From: Octopus sinensis
Lineage: Eukaryota
Assembly (NCBI RefSeq): GCF_006345805.1
Contig: NC_043013.1
Location: 12,710,001-12,774,000, forward strand
Direction: 5' to 3'
DNA: 64,000 nucleotides
The position numbers and the translations under genes were made by a program. Of the stretch, positions 1-13,364 are shown in pieces (the first letter of the stretch is position 1; the number at the start of each line of letters is the position of its first letter). The notes beneath the pieces are model-generated. The model was not told the origin of the DNA and ran no database searches. It saw only the letters and a program-made list of their open reading frames with translations.

Positions 1-61
1 CCTCTTAACACATGGCTATGATGCACCCCCACTACTTCTGCTCGTGATCAGAGATGCACAT

Positions 62-118
<57 letters not shown>

Positions 119-224
119 CTGTATGTTGTTGTTGTGTGTGTGTAATACATACACACATACATATATATACATAGTTATATTCATACATATTTACATAATT
201 ACATTCATACATTGCGCATGTTGA

Positions 225-296
225 AGCGCAGTACGACTGAACCCGAAACGACATGGTTGCAAAGCGACCTTCTTAACCATATAACCACATTGCGCC
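225..296 (-). mobile_element. Truncated 5' head of tRNA-derived SINE family A
   Basis: Reverse complement (ggcgcaatgtggttatatggttaag...tttcgggttcagtcgtactgcg) resembles the heads at 13847, 16924 and 28639. Confidence 0.5.
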
Positions 297-299
297 TAT

Positions 300-641
300 A
301 AATATACGGATACCTCTGTACAAAGCGGCTATCCAGCCGCGGAAGACGGGACCGAAACCAGCCGCTCTGAGGACAGCCTCCAAGTATCGATGGTCTAGCC
401 TATCGTAAGCTTTCGATTGATCCAAATTGATCAGGGACCCACCCATGCCAGGTTCCTTAACTATCCTGTCTATGATGTAGCGCATCAGATGGTGGTTGTC
501 ATGGATGCTCCGGCTCGGCACGGCGCCCGTTTGTGCCTTGTCGACCAGTTTCCCGATGACAAACGCCAACCTCTTGTTTAACACCATGGCCAAAATTTTC
601 AAGTCTGCATTAAGCAAAGTGATGGGCCTAAAGTTATCGTG

Positions 642-645
<4 letters not shown>
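300..645 (-). mobile_element. Non-LTR retrotransposon reverse transcriptase fragment (Tx1/L1-like)
   Basis: Minus frame reads DNFRPITLLNADLKILAMVLNKRL...AQTGAVPSRSIHDN...LINLDQSKAYDRLDHRYL...GFGPVFRGWI, matching RT motifs (xRPIxLLN, Q.GF, DxxKAFD). Truncated by (GA)n on one side and a SINE on the other. Confidence 0.88.
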
Positions 646-700
<55 letters not shown>

Positions 701-759
701 AGACAGACTAGACAGACAACAGACAGACAACGATAGATAGATAGATAGATAATATAGAT

Positions 760-804
<45 letters not shown>

Positions 805-1136
805 GATATATAGGGATAATAGAGTGACAGATAGATAGATAGATAGATAGATACATACATACATACATACATACATACATACATACATACATACATACAT
901 ACATACTTATGCACGCATACACATGCAGACACACATACATACATATACAGAAAGAACGAAAGAAAGAAAGAAAGAATGAAAGAAAGAAAGAAGGAAAGAA
1001 AGAAGGAAAGAAAGAAGGAAAGAAAGAATGAAAGAAAGAAAGAATGAAAGAAAGATGGCAAGAAAGAAGGGAAGAAAGAAAGATGGAAAGAAAGAAAGAA
1101 ACAAACAAACAAAGAAACCAAGAAAGAAAGAAAGAG

Positions 1137-1195
<59 letters not shown>

Positions 1196-1196
1196 A
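646..1196. repeat. Compound microsatellite (GA)n-(GATA)n-(CATA)n-(GAAA)n
   Basis: Directly visible tandem di- and tetranucleotide runs. Confidence 0.97.
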
Positions 1197-1899
1197 GGTA
1201 AAAGAGTGATAAATAAGTATGACAGGGAGTAAGACAGAACGATATTTCTGTGTAATATATGTTTTATGTGTTTTAACCCTGGAATCCTCTAATCTTATTC
1301 CATTTTATCTTCAGAAAGCAGAGATAGACAGTCCGACAGGCAGACAGAAAGTGAACAAGAGAGAGAAAGCGGGAGCTTGAAGTAGAACGACAGAATGAGA
1401 GAGAGGCGGGTGACAAAGAGAGACAGAGAGAGAGATAGGGAGACAGATAGACAGAGACAGCGCGGGGGAGATTGAGTGAAGGGAAGCCAGAGATGGGTTG
1501 ACAGAGAGAGAGTGAGTGAAAGAGAGGATTACCTACGAGCGATTTGCTTATGATTCTTTAACGTATTGTATGTTATTTTGGATTGTTGTTGGTCCGTTGC
1601 TTTAACCCATATGTCGACATTTCCTTCTGCAAAGTTCCCTGGTGAGGGGACATTCCGATGCTTGCTTCTTTCGGATAAAACAACAAGATTTATAACACTA
1701 CACAGATTTACTTGGTAGATATATTTTGTTTTGTATTATTATTACTTTTTTTCATTTCTTTATTGAAAATATTTTTGTTTTGTTATTTTGCGTTCTTGTT
1801 GTTCGTTGCTGGTCTTGTTTTTCGTGGTTTCACGTTGTATGTCGTTAATGTGTAGCCATGTATTTGTTATACGCATTTGTATGCGTATGACATTGCATA

Positions 1900-2136
1900 T
1901 AAACACTATATGGATGTGTGTATGTGTGTCTGTATACATATATATATGCGTGTGTTTGAATATATACATATATAATATATTTGTATGTATGTATGTATGT
2001 ACACATGGAGAAGCAGAAAACATGTGGACACGTAGGTATATATATATATATATACACATACACACATCCAAGCATAGATATATGCATATACATACATATA
2101 TATATATAATATATAGATACATGCATGCATGCTACA

Positions 2137-2183
<47 letters not shown>

Positions 2184-2247
2184 TCACACTATATATATGT
2201 ATATATATATATATATATATATACATACATATATATATATATGTATG

Positions 2248-2279
<32 letters not shown>

Positions 2280-2345
2280 GACACATACACACACACACGC
2301 ACACACACACACTCACACACTCACCACACACACACACACACACAT
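1900..2345. repeat. Compound (TA)n/(CA)n/(CATA)n microsatellite
   Basis: Directly visible. Confidence 0.95.
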
Positions 2346-2604
2346 ATCAAACAATGTGCAGTGTAAGTTTGGCAAATGAAGATCAGCCCTTGAAAGTGGA
2401 AATGTGGTTGCGTATTAAGAGTAATTCAGTGTAGCCTTAACATCAGAGTGAAACTGAAATGTAGAACTCTTCTTTCAGCCAACCATTTCCTCCTCCAGCC
2501 ACTTTCACAACAACAACCACACCAACAAACACCACAACTTTCTCTAACGCGACTATCACTTCGACCATCCACGACTTTGAAAAAAGCTCATATTGGTTTC
2601 AAAG

Positions 2605-2810
2605 TCTGAAACAAGGCCTGAAATTCGGGGCAAGGGGTAAGTCGATTATATATCGACTCCAGTATTCAACTGGTACTTATTTTATCGACCTCGAAAGAGA
2701 TGAAAAGGCAAAGTCGATCTCAGCATAAATTTGAACTCAGAACGCAAAGGCGGACGAAATGCCGTTAAGGATTTTGCCCGGCGTGCTAACGATTCTGCCA
2801 GCTCGCCGCC
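2605..2810 (-). mobile_element. tRNA-derived SINE family B (Meta-domain-like core)
   Basis: Reverse complement begins ggcggcgagctggcagaatcgttagc, has a B-box-like gagttcaaatt and the core gactttgcc-tttcatc-tttcgaggtcgataaaataagtaccag. More than 10 copies in the window. The MetaSINE label is from recollection. Confidence 0.85.
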
Positions 2811-2814
2811 TTAA

Positions 2815-2815
2815 A

Positions 2816-2865
<50 letters not shown>

Positions 2866-2911
2866 TAATAATAATAATAATAATAATAATTATAATAATA
2901 ATAATAATAAT

Positions 2912-2946
<35 letters not shown>
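2815..2946. repeat. (AAT)n microsatellite
   Basis: Directly visible; flanked by family B SINE pieces on both sides. Confidence 0.97.
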
Positions 2947-2947
<1 letters not shown>

Positions 2948-3249
2948 TTCGGGGTGGTGGGTGGCATGTAATTGATTAGCTGCCCCCCCCCCCCCGCAAA
3001 AAATTTCAGGCCTTGTGCCTTAAGTAGGCAGAATTACTGCATCAACACTCCCCATACTACAACCACCAACAGCGTTGATATAGTCACTACCATCACTACC
3101 ATCACAACCACAATCACCACCACCACCATCGTCAGCACCACTACCACTGTCACCTAGACATGATGAATTTAGTAACAACAGGTAGTGATAACTGTTTCCC
3201 CCAATGATGTCCGCGCTCATCCGGAATGTGTCTAATGGACATTCTGATC

Positions 3250-3380
3250 AGTTCGAACTTATCTCTAATTCGACTGATGGAGAGTCACGTTGGTGGATCC
3301 GTTAGAAAATATCTCTTGAACTTTCTTTGCATTTCGACGGAGTTTTGAAATTTCTAGAAGCGTTCTAAGACAAATCTTCT
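3250..3380 (-). pseudogene. Tc1/mariner-superfamily transposase N-terminal HTH remnant (DUF4817-like)
   Basis: Minus frame FVLERF*KFQNSVEMQRKFKRYFLTDPPT*LSISRIRDKFE, with two in-frame stops. Confidence 0.6.
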
Positions 3381-4230
3381 TTGTCTAAACCTTAGTCTGA
3401 TTCTCTTCGTCGTTTCTAATGGGTTAAATCTAAAAAGAAATGAAAATGGAATGAGTTATCTGCTGTTTAAGTGTGTGTACATTCTTTATTGACAGTCTGT
3501 ATGTACTCTACTGTACGTATTGAGTTCACATTCGCCCGTTTGTAACATCGAACGTACCAATACATACATACGTACATGCATACATACATCTTTCTCTCTC
3601 CTCTTTCTCGCTCTCTCTTCCCTCCCTCCCTCTCTCTCTCAATATATATATATATATATAAAGAGAGAGAGGGAAAGAGAGAGAGCATCGGCCATCTTTC
3701 TTTTCCTAACTTCAATTTCTTTCTTTCTGATCAGCCGCAGGGGTAAGACGAATTCTTGTCTGTCTCCTGTCAGAGCTTGTTCCTCTGCGTTCACCAACTC
3801 ATTCAGGCTTAATAGCTCTTCCTGTGTGTTTTCACTGTCCTGTTTCTGTTACCAACTTTGACCCTCCGCAAAATCTCAAATTTTATTTAATTTGCTTGTT
3901 GTTAATTGCTCGAAATACAAAGTAGTCAAACAGCCGACAACTGATGAAGGGTCGTTTTTGTATGTTGCTTGTCTTGTTTTCCAATTATTTCTTTTGTTGT
4001 TCACAAAAAAGTGCGCATTCCATGGTTTCGTATCTCGTATTTCATGTTGTTTACTTCTATGGTGTACTGTGACCATATATATATGTATATATACATATAT
4101 ATACATATATGTATGTACATATATGTGTGTATATATGCATATATATTTATATATTATTTATATTATTTTATGATTGAACGCCACGTATCCATTTCCAAGT
4201 AAGTTTTATCCATCTATCTATCTATATGTA

Positions 4231-4290
<60 letters not shown>

Positions 4291-5026
4291 AACATACACA
4301 AAAATGGGACAAGAACGCAAAACATCCAGACAGACGATACAAATAAAACAAGGACGGGTCATTCAGAGTTTTCTTTCCTCAGTTGAGTTCCAGATTATCT
4401 TTGCAATTTCGGCTGGTTATACTCGGGATTGCTTCAATCTGGCCAACCTCAAGGAAAAACTAAACTAAGAGCACTAGATTTTTGGAAGAAAGCAGCGAAT
4501 GTATACGGAAACAAGGACGGGAAAAAACGGAGAAATGGTACAGAAATACAGATAACAGGATATTAACAACGGGTGTCTTTCGACTAAGGACGAATTCAAT
4601 TAAACTGGCGTGTGTGGAAGTAAAGCCTTACAGCAGGAACATAGGATTTGACCGGCACAGGGTGGAATATAGATCTTGCACGGATAGTAGTCGAACCAAG
4701 AAAGTCAGGCTTGGCTCAACACCGGTCACGTGGGGAGAGAAGAGAGAAATGTAGAGGCTGAGGGATAGAAGAATTATGGAAGGGCGAAAAAAAATGAAAT
4801 GGTCAGAGTGAAGTAAAAGAGGAGGGAATGTGAGCATGAAGAGAAGGCCAGGAAATGTGAGAGAGGGGGAACGAAATAACGATGAGTGGAATGAACGAAA
4901 TAAGTGCGAATGGGCTGATAGAAAGCCGGAAAGAATGAAAGAATAGAAATATTAATAGTCATACAACATTTAGATATATACTTATACTTACATATAAGAG
5001 ACCAAAGTGTAGGTACACCGCTACAA

Positions 5027-6176
5027 TCTTTATATATATAAAACTGAGAATGTGTGTGTGTGTGTGTCTGTCTGTCTGTCTGTGTTTCCCTAAAACTTAA
5101 AAACTACACAACCAATTTCATTCAAATTTTACACATGCCTTACTTAGGGTCCGGGGAGTGTCATCGACAAAATTTTTTTTAACTTTTTGCCTAGGGCGAG
5201 CCCACAGCAATATCATATCTTCTCCACTACGATTCCCTAAAACTTGAGAACTACTCAACCAATTCCATTCAAATTTTACACATGCCTTACTTAGGGTCCA
5301 TGTAGTTTCATGGGCAAAAGAAATGTTCAACTTCTTGCCTAGAGCGAGCCCATAGCAATATCATATCTTCTCCACTATTTCAGTATTACCTGTTAAAAGT
5401 GAAACAAAAACGTTTCTCTATTTTATGTCAGATACTTTCACTTTAACAATAAAAATAATAATAACAATTGAATTATATGTAGTAAGTAATAATTAAAATC
5501 AAACTAAAGTAACATAACAAAAGTAAAAATAGCAATTGGTATAAAATTGCATCAATGACTTGAACTTGAATAAGTGGTTTCACATGAATGGGAATAAATT
5601 AAAAATAAAATTAGCGTGCAGAAATGGAATAGTCCAGATGGATAATAAAAAACTAAATTAAAGAAAAGACTATTGTCTATAAAGTATACAATGTAGAGAA
5701 AAAAGAAGATTTGAAAGGTACCTAATCTATGAAAGGTATTTAATCAGAGGCGGTAAATTCGCCACAATAGAAGCAAGGTTCGAGTCAACGGAGCGTGCAA
5801 GGGAGTACTCGACTCGAACTTGCAAAGTGGAAATATTTTATTTTTACCTTTATATCTGGGATGTAGGACGTCCCGGAAAAAATTTTAAATGCCCTTCCCC
5901 CCGAAGTAGATGTAAGCTGGATTGTAGCCACACTTCTATACAAGAGGGAGGACAAGATACAATTGATCGAAATTACAAGAGACGGGCTAACAATTCCAGT
6001 CAGTTATATATTTTGAGTATTGTTATCACTGGCGATATCAAGATATAACTTTGTATTTTGTATTTTATGTGTAGATGTATATATATATAGATGTACGTGT
6101 AATATGTACACATATATATACATATATATACATGCACTAGCACTATGACCCGGCAACGACGGGTCTTTAATGCTAG
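5027..6176 (+). mobile_element. Non-autonomous Helitron
   Basis: 5' TC (a|tctttatatatataaaactgag), 3' hairpin gacccggcaacgacgggtc followed by ...gCTAG|t, inserted between A and T. Internal ~147-bp direct duplication (starts 5086 and 5233). Confidence 0.75.
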
Positions 6177-6203
6177 TATTATATATATAAATACAAAAAT
6201 GGA

Positions 6204-6455
6204 ACCCGGGTTCAGTCTCACTGCGTGGCACCTTGGGCAAGTGTCTTCTACTATAGCTTTGGGCCGACCAAAGCTTTGTGAGTGGATTTGGTAGACGGAA
6301 CCTGAAAGAAACCCGTCATATATATATGTATATATATATATATATATATGCTATCGGTCTCTTTTGCCGAAACGCTAAATTACGGGGACGTAAACACACA
6401 AGCATCGGTTGTCAAGCGATGTTGGGGGACAAAGACACACAAACATATACACAAA
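6204..6455. mobile_element. SINE family A with 5' half forward and 3' half inverted
   Basis: 6204-6320 matches the 5' half of family A on +; 6352-6455 is the reverse complement of its post-microsatellite segment. Confidence 0.8.
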
Positions 6456-6789
6456 CGTACATATATTTTGCTTAATTTCCTCCTTCCTCTCACTCCCTAA
6501 TATTTTCTTTTCCGCTCTTTTCCCCTTCTTCAAATACTTATTTCTACCTACATTTATACACTCCTCTCATGCTGTGCTCTACACTTTCTCGTTGGATCAC
6601 CCAAGCTTCAAAATGTACCTCTTTGCGACAATATAACCTTTAATTTATTCACGACATCCTTGGCTTGAAGAGTAGCCGGCGGTATGCACCTCGCTTGGAT
6701 TTTTACCACTTCTGAAGTTCCGCCCACCATGAAACATATGTAATTCGGATCTTACCTACTCCATTCTGTAAACTCTTATATTCTTATAT

Positions 6790-7000
6790 GCACGCCCGGC
6801 AACCCTGGCCGCTTCCCGCGAAACAGAAAAGAACTTTTTTTCAGCTTATTGTTCTCCAATACGAAAAAATCCCCAATCTTCCGTCTCAATAAACCACTAT
6901 TGTCCCTGAAAGTTGTTTTTTTTAAAATATTTACTACTGATTGGTTGAAGCTAACTTTCTTCCTACACCTCGATCCTTGGATCTTACATTGATATATATA
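6790..7000 (-). mobile_element. Possible Helitron-like remnant
   Basis: GC-rich cgcccggcaaccctggc hairpin-like end and a (TA)n end; terminal CTAG not seen. Confidence 0.3.
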
Positions 7001-7589
7001 TATATACATACATATATATATGATAGTAATCCCTTACTATTTACATATACATATATATGCATGTATGTATATATGCTTGAATGTACTTATCTTCATATGC
7101 ATGTATCTATCTGTTTATATACATGCAGACGAATATACGTGCGCGCACACATGACGATGCCCACCTTTGAGGAGTTACCTAAATGGATTGAAAAACAACT
7201 AAACAGTTGTCAGGTATTACATCGCGGATAAGAAACGATAAGTGAAGGTTTAGTGCATGTATAACAGTATGTGTATATATATGTGTGAATGTGTGTAAGT
7301 ACACACACACGCGCGCACACACACGCATTATATCGCCTTTCTCAGTCAATCTCCGTATGCCCTACATCCATTGATGGCCACCATTTTTTCCAGATCAAAA
7401 AGGAACGGCAGCTTCTAAGAAAACAGTGCAGTAAACCAACTTAACTTGCACAAGATCCCTACAGGAATAAAACATGACAGTATGATGGGCAGATAAACTT
7501 GCTTAAGGAAGAACTAACCGGAATTCTACTTCCAGCTTCGAATAAATTGCTTTTCTATCTGTCAGATCAGATCTGGAAACTACTGGAGT

Positions 7590-8500
7590 GAATTGCACCT
7601 CGTTGCTATCGTTGTTGTTGTTGATGATGTTGTCATCGGCATCGTCGATGCTGTTGTTGCTGTTGTTGCTGTTGCTATTGCTGTTGTTATTGTTGTTGCT
7701 GTTGTTGTTGTTTTTGCTATTGTTGTTGTTGTTGCTGCTGCTATTGTTGTTGTTATTGTTGTTGCTGTTGTTGCTATTGTTTTTGTTATTGTTGTTGCTA
7801 TTGCTGTTGTTATTGTTGTTGCTATTGTTTTGTTGTTGTTGTTGTTGTTGCTGCTGCTGCTGCTCCTGTTCCTGTTGCTGTTGTTGCTATTGTTGTTATT
7901 GTTGTTGCTATTTTTTTGTTGTTGTTGCTATTGTTGTTGTTATTGTTGTTGCTGTTGTTGCTTTTGTTGTTGCTACTGCTACTGCTGTTGCTGCTGTTAC
8001 TATTGTTGTTGCTATTGTTGTTATCGTTGTTGCTATTGTTGTTGTTATCGTTGTTGCTATTGTTGTTGTTATTGTTGTTGCTGTTGCTGTTGCTATTGTC
8101 GTTGCTATTGATGTTGTTGGGGCTATTGTTGATGTTGTTATTGTTGTTCCTGTTGTTTCTATTGTTTCAATTGTTTTTGTTGTTGTTGTTCCGTCGTTGC
8201 TATTGACGTTGTTGCTATTGTTGTCGTAGCAGGCAGTATTTTTGCTATTGTTGTTGCAGTTGTTGTTGCTGCTGGTGTTGTTATCGTTTCTATTGTTGCT
8301 GGTGGTTGTGGTAAAAATTTTGTTCTTATTGCTGTACTTATTGTTGTTGTTAATGATATTGTCGTCATCGTCGTCGTCGTCGTTGTTGTTGTTGTTGTTG
8401 TTAGTGGTGGTGGTGGTGGCGGCGGCGGCGGCAATGGTGGCTTCATTGTTCATGTTGCTGTTATTGGTAATGCTGATAGTATTGTTGTTATTGTTGTTTT
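7590..8500. repeat. Degenerate (GTT/GCT/ATT)n trinucleotide tract
   Basis: Directly visible; source of the poly-L/V/C ORFs. Confidence 0.95.
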
Positions 8501-9059
8501 TCTTCGTTTCTATATTTAGCCCCAGGTCATCGCTATACGAGCACTCAAATGATATTAACACCATTCTAGCCATGCCCATCACGCCTTTCTGTCGTTATAT
8601 CATATCTACACGTATCTCGTATTATTTCCAAGAAGACAGAGTCGTATTTAAGATACATTTAGCTGTTATTTTTAGCAGGACGAGCGATCGCCAAGAGGCT
8701 CCTAGTTATTATTTATCAAAAGCAGGTCGGTCTTGACTGCGCAAAACCGTGATCTGATGCGTTCCAACCATAGCCATCCCATCCTTTTGCGTAAGAAAAC
8801 AACATTATCCCTCGTGTCCTTCCTTTTCAAAACGGTGGACTGCTATTTCTAAAAGTTTTTTTGACCATGTAGAGAAACCCTCGCTGGTTCATTATTGCTG
8901 CTGTTTTTGTTGTTGTTGTTGTTTAAGCCTTCGTCACCCGTGGTCAAACAGTTCTATGGTCAATGGTGTTCCAGCGCTAACTATTCCGTTTCTTTGTAGC
9001 CGAGGGTCCACGTTGTCCAGTTGGTTCTCCCTAACTTATGACAGTAGGGTGTGGTGTGA

Positions 9060-10400
9060 TGGTAACTTGGTTGTTATTTCTGTCATATGATGGTGAAGAA
9101 ATGGTGGTGGCGGTGGTGTTGATGGTTGTAGAGGGCAATGGTTGTGGTAGGGATGATGTTGCAGGCGGATGATGATGGTTGTAGTGGAAGTGGTGGTGGT
9201 GGTGGTGGTGGTGGTGGTGGTGGTGGTGGTGGCGGCGGTGATGGCGGAGGTAATGGTAGTGGTGGTGGTAGTAATGATACTGGTGATGGTGATGATGGTG
9301 GTAATGGAGGTGGTGTTGGTGATGGTTGTTATGGTGGTAGTGGCAATGGTTGTGGTAGAGATGATGTTGCCGGCGGATGATGATGGTGGTGGTGGAAGTG
9401 GTGGTGCTGGTGGTAGTAGTGATAGTGGTGGTGTCAATGGTGGAGGTAGTGTTAGTGGTGGTGGTGGTAGTGATGATACTGGTGATGGTGATGATGGTGG
9501 TAGTGGAGGTGGTGTTGGTGGTATTGGTGGTACAGGTGGTAGTGGTGGTGGTAGTGGTGGAATCAGTAGTGTCGGTGGTAGTGTGGAGGCAGTACTAACA
9601 GTAGTGTTGCGCCTGGTGCTGGTGGTAGCGGTGGTAGTGGCAAGAGTTATGAGGAGGTGGGTGTGCTAGGGTTGGCATGGGCTGTAGTAGCTGGGGTGGC
9701 TTCTGCTTTTGGTTGCACCGGTTGATGTACTTGTAGTAGTGGCAACTATAATAATTATGGTGGGGAAGACGGGGATAAGTGATGGAGAAGTAATTGTGTT
9801 GATCGTGATGGTGATGATGATAATGATGATGATGACGGCACGACGACGATAATAATGATGATGATGATGATGATGGTGATGATGATACTGATGGATGATG
9901 GTGGTGATGATTACGTTGATAATGATGACGATAAAGATGATGATGATGATGATGATGATGAGGAGGAGGAGGAGGAGGAGGAGGAGAAGGAGGAGGGGGA
10001 GTAGGAGTAGGAGGGCGATGATGATGACGAACTTGCCGATGACGATGATGATGATTATGACGGCACGACGACGACGATGATGATGACGATGATGATGATG
10101 ATGGATGATGATGGTGATGATGATGACGATGATGATGATAACGATGATGATGATAACGATGATGATGATGATGACGTTGATGGATGATGATGACGATGAT
10201 GACGACGATGATAATGATGCAGACAAGGTGGATGATAATGATTATGGAAATAATGACAATGCAGTGACAGGTGATCGTGTTGACGTGAAAAGCCACAGTG
10301 CTGCTGTTGTGCTGCTGCTGCTGCTGCTGCTGCCGCTGATGATGATGATGATGTTGTTGTTGTTGTTGTTGGGTTTGGTGGTAGTGATTGATGATAGATC
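9060..10400. repeat. (GGT)n/(GAT)n/(GAG)n degenerate trinucleotide tract
   Basis: Directly visible; contains a ~200-bp higher-order duplication. Confidence 0.95.
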
Positions 10401-10659
10401 TGTAGAAAACACGGGTGTATCAGCTGTTTGCATGATGCAAAAATTTGGATTTGCTGAATTTAAAATTAAAAAGAGAATCAAGAAAGCAAATAGTTTGGAG
10501 GCAGTGAGGATGGTAAGAGGAGGTAGAATGAGAGAGGGGGAGAAAGAAGCAGAGAGAGATAGGTGATGTTACGGTGAGAAAATGTATGAGTTAGAAAGAC
10601 AAACAAACATTCAAACATCTTATGTGTAGCATGCGTGTGTATATATATATATATATAGT

Positions 10660-10913
10660 GGTGTGTGCGTGTGTATTTGTGTTGTAGGGGTGTGTGTGTG
10701 TGTGGTGTGTGGTGTGTGTGTGTGTGTGTGTTGTGTGTTTGTGTTGTGTGTGGGTGTTGTTGTGTGTGTGTGTGTGTGTGTTTGTGTGTGTGTTGTGTGT
10801 TGTGTGTGTGTGGGTTGTGTGTGTTGTGTGTTGTGTGGTGTGTTTTGTGTGTTTGTGTGTGTGTGTGTGTGTGTGTTTGTGTGTGTGTGTTGTGTGTGTG
10901 TGTGTGTGTTGTG

Positions 10914-10955
<42 letters not shown>

Positions 10956-11115
10956 TGTGTTGTGTGTGTGTGTGTGTGTGGTGTGTGTGTGTGTTGTGTG
11001 GTTGTGTGTTGTGTGTGTGTGTGTGTGTGTGTTTGTGTGTTTGTTGGTGTGGGTTTGTGGTGTGTGTGTGTTTGTATGTGGTGTGTGTGGTGTGTGGTGT
11101 CGTGTTGTGTCTGTG

Positions 11116-11157
<42 letters not shown>

Positions 11158-11271
11158 TGTTTGTATGTGGTGTGTGTGTGTGTGTGTGTTGTGTGTGTGT
11201 GTGTGTGTGTTGTATGTGTGTGTGTGTGTGTGTGTGTTTTGGGTGTGTGTGGTGTGTGTGTGTGGTGTGTG

Positions 11272-11337
<66 letters not shown>

Positions 11338-11385
11338 TGTGTGTGGTGTGTGTGTGTGTGTGTTTGTGTGTTTGTGTGTGTGTGT
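10660..11385. repeat. Long interrupted (GT)n tract
   Basis: About 725 bp of GT with t/g interruptions. Confidence 0.97.
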
Positions 11386-11439
11386 AGTGACAAGTAGAGA
11401 GCAGAAAGCAGAGAAAACAAATGAAAGATGGATGCCTGC

Positions 11440-11661
11440 ACTCGTGCGCATATATATAATATGCTACGTATATTTTATGTATATACGTGTGTGTGTGTAT
11501 GTACACACACATATATTTATGTATATATATATATATACACACTCACATATATTTATATACATGTAAGTATGCATGACGATTATGAATGTGTGTATATTTA
11601 TATGTATAGATATGTGTATAGATATGTGTATATATATATGTATGTATATATATATATAAAT

Positions 11662-11693
<32 letters not shown>

Positions 11694-11879
11694 CTATCTA
11701 TGTATATCTATATCTATCTATATATCTATAATATTAATATATACATGCACATATATATATACAATACATATATATATATATATATACACACACACATATA
11801 TATATATATATATAGATATACATATATATATATATATATACACACACATATACATATATATATATATATACACACACAC

Positions 11880-11929
<50 letters not shown>

Positions 11930-11951
11930 AAATATACATATATATATATAT

Positions 11952-11985
<34 letters not shown>

Positions 11986-12010
11986 ATATATTATTATATA
12001 TATATATATA
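11440..12010. repeat. (TA)n-rich microsatellite
   Basis: Directly visible. Confidence 0.95.
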
Positions 12011-12570
12011 CATAATATTTGTATACAGAGCGTGCGACAGAGAGAGAGAGGGGAGGAACGGAAGGAGAAAGTGTAAAAGAGAATGATAAATATAGAGGAA
12101 GATGGGTATTTTTAGCTCTTTCTATAACCATCCTCTTCTCTCTACTTCCCTCTCTATCACTCTCTCTCTCTCTCTCTCTTCAGTTTCCTTAGTCTTTCTC
12201 TCTTACGCCACCTGACCCTCCACCCCACCCCTACCAGTCGTTACTCTCTGAAATAAACCAATAAAATACAAGAGATTTACTAAATCTCTTATATTTTATC
12301 TCTTTAAAGATAACATTTGGACGCATAACATTCCCACGACTGTAGCTTCATCAACAACAACAATAACTACAGCTACAACAACAACTACTACTACTACTAC
12401 TACTACTACTGATGATGATGATGATGATGATGGTAATAATGATAATACTGCTGCTTCTTTTACATCGGCATTTCATAATAGCAATGAAAAAGCCTCTGGG
12501 CCTTGGAGGGGTACATTCTGGGGGCAACCCCATGGATATTCACGATAGAAGGGGGTCTTTACCCATTATA

Positions 12571-12615
<45 letters not shown>

Positions 12616-12951
12616 TATTATATCAAAAGGATGTTTGTTGTAATACTATTCCACATACGCAAAAACAATCATACTAACAATCCAACACACCTTCATCTTC
12701 AGCTGCCCGACGGATATCATTATGGTTTCGACACCTGAGCAGTACCATTCAATCCAGCGGTGTCAACAGCACTAAAATAAGTGTTGTTTGGGAACAGGCA
12801 TACCAGAGAAACCGCAACTTTCAAAAATATTTACCCTATGTACAACCGTATCGGTAAATAAATTCAATAAATAAATCTATAACCACCTCCTGAATATGTA
12901 ACTAAACAGTGAGCAAACCTTTAAGTCATACAAAAATATATACATGCACCA

Positions 12952-13260
12952 TGAAGGCCCATGGCGCAGTGTTTAGAGCATCGGGCTTACAATCGTAGTG
13001 TTGTGAGTTCGATTCCTGGACCTAGCTGTGAGTTGTATTCTTGAGCAAGGCACTTTATTTCACGTTATTCCAGTTCACTCAGCTGTGGAAATGAGTTGCG
13101 ACGTCACAGGTGCCAAGCTGTATCGGCCCTTTTGTCTTTCCCTTGGTGGCGTGGAAATAGGGAGGCTGATATGCATGGACGACTGCTGGTCTTCCATAAA
13201 ATATCTTACCTGGACTTGCGCCTCGGAGGGAAACTTTCAAGGTGCAATACCATGGTCATT
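12952..13260 (+). mobile_element. tRNA-derived SINE (family D)
   Basis: A-box tggcgcagtgttt, B-box gagttcgattcc, then ttcttgagcaaggcactttatttcac shared with the minus copies at 14270-14572 and 30395-30760. Confidence 0.75.
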
Positions 13261-13364
13261 CATGACCGAAGGGGTGGGTGTCTTTACCATTACCTTTTAT
13301 TTAAGAATAACAATAATTGTTGATTCTGTTGTGTCTGGGGTGAGTAATTTTTTTTATTTTCTGC

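Noticed and set aside
2350-2400. Possible mariner fragment (aagtttggcaaatgaagatcagcccttgaaag)
   Set aside because: Similarity of about 30 bp is too short and degenerate to support.
3700-3830. Open minus frame QKQDSENTQEELLSLNELVNAEEQALTGDRQEFVLPLRLIRKKEIEVRKRK
   Set aside because: No convincing splice sites or recognisable family; could be a TE remnant.
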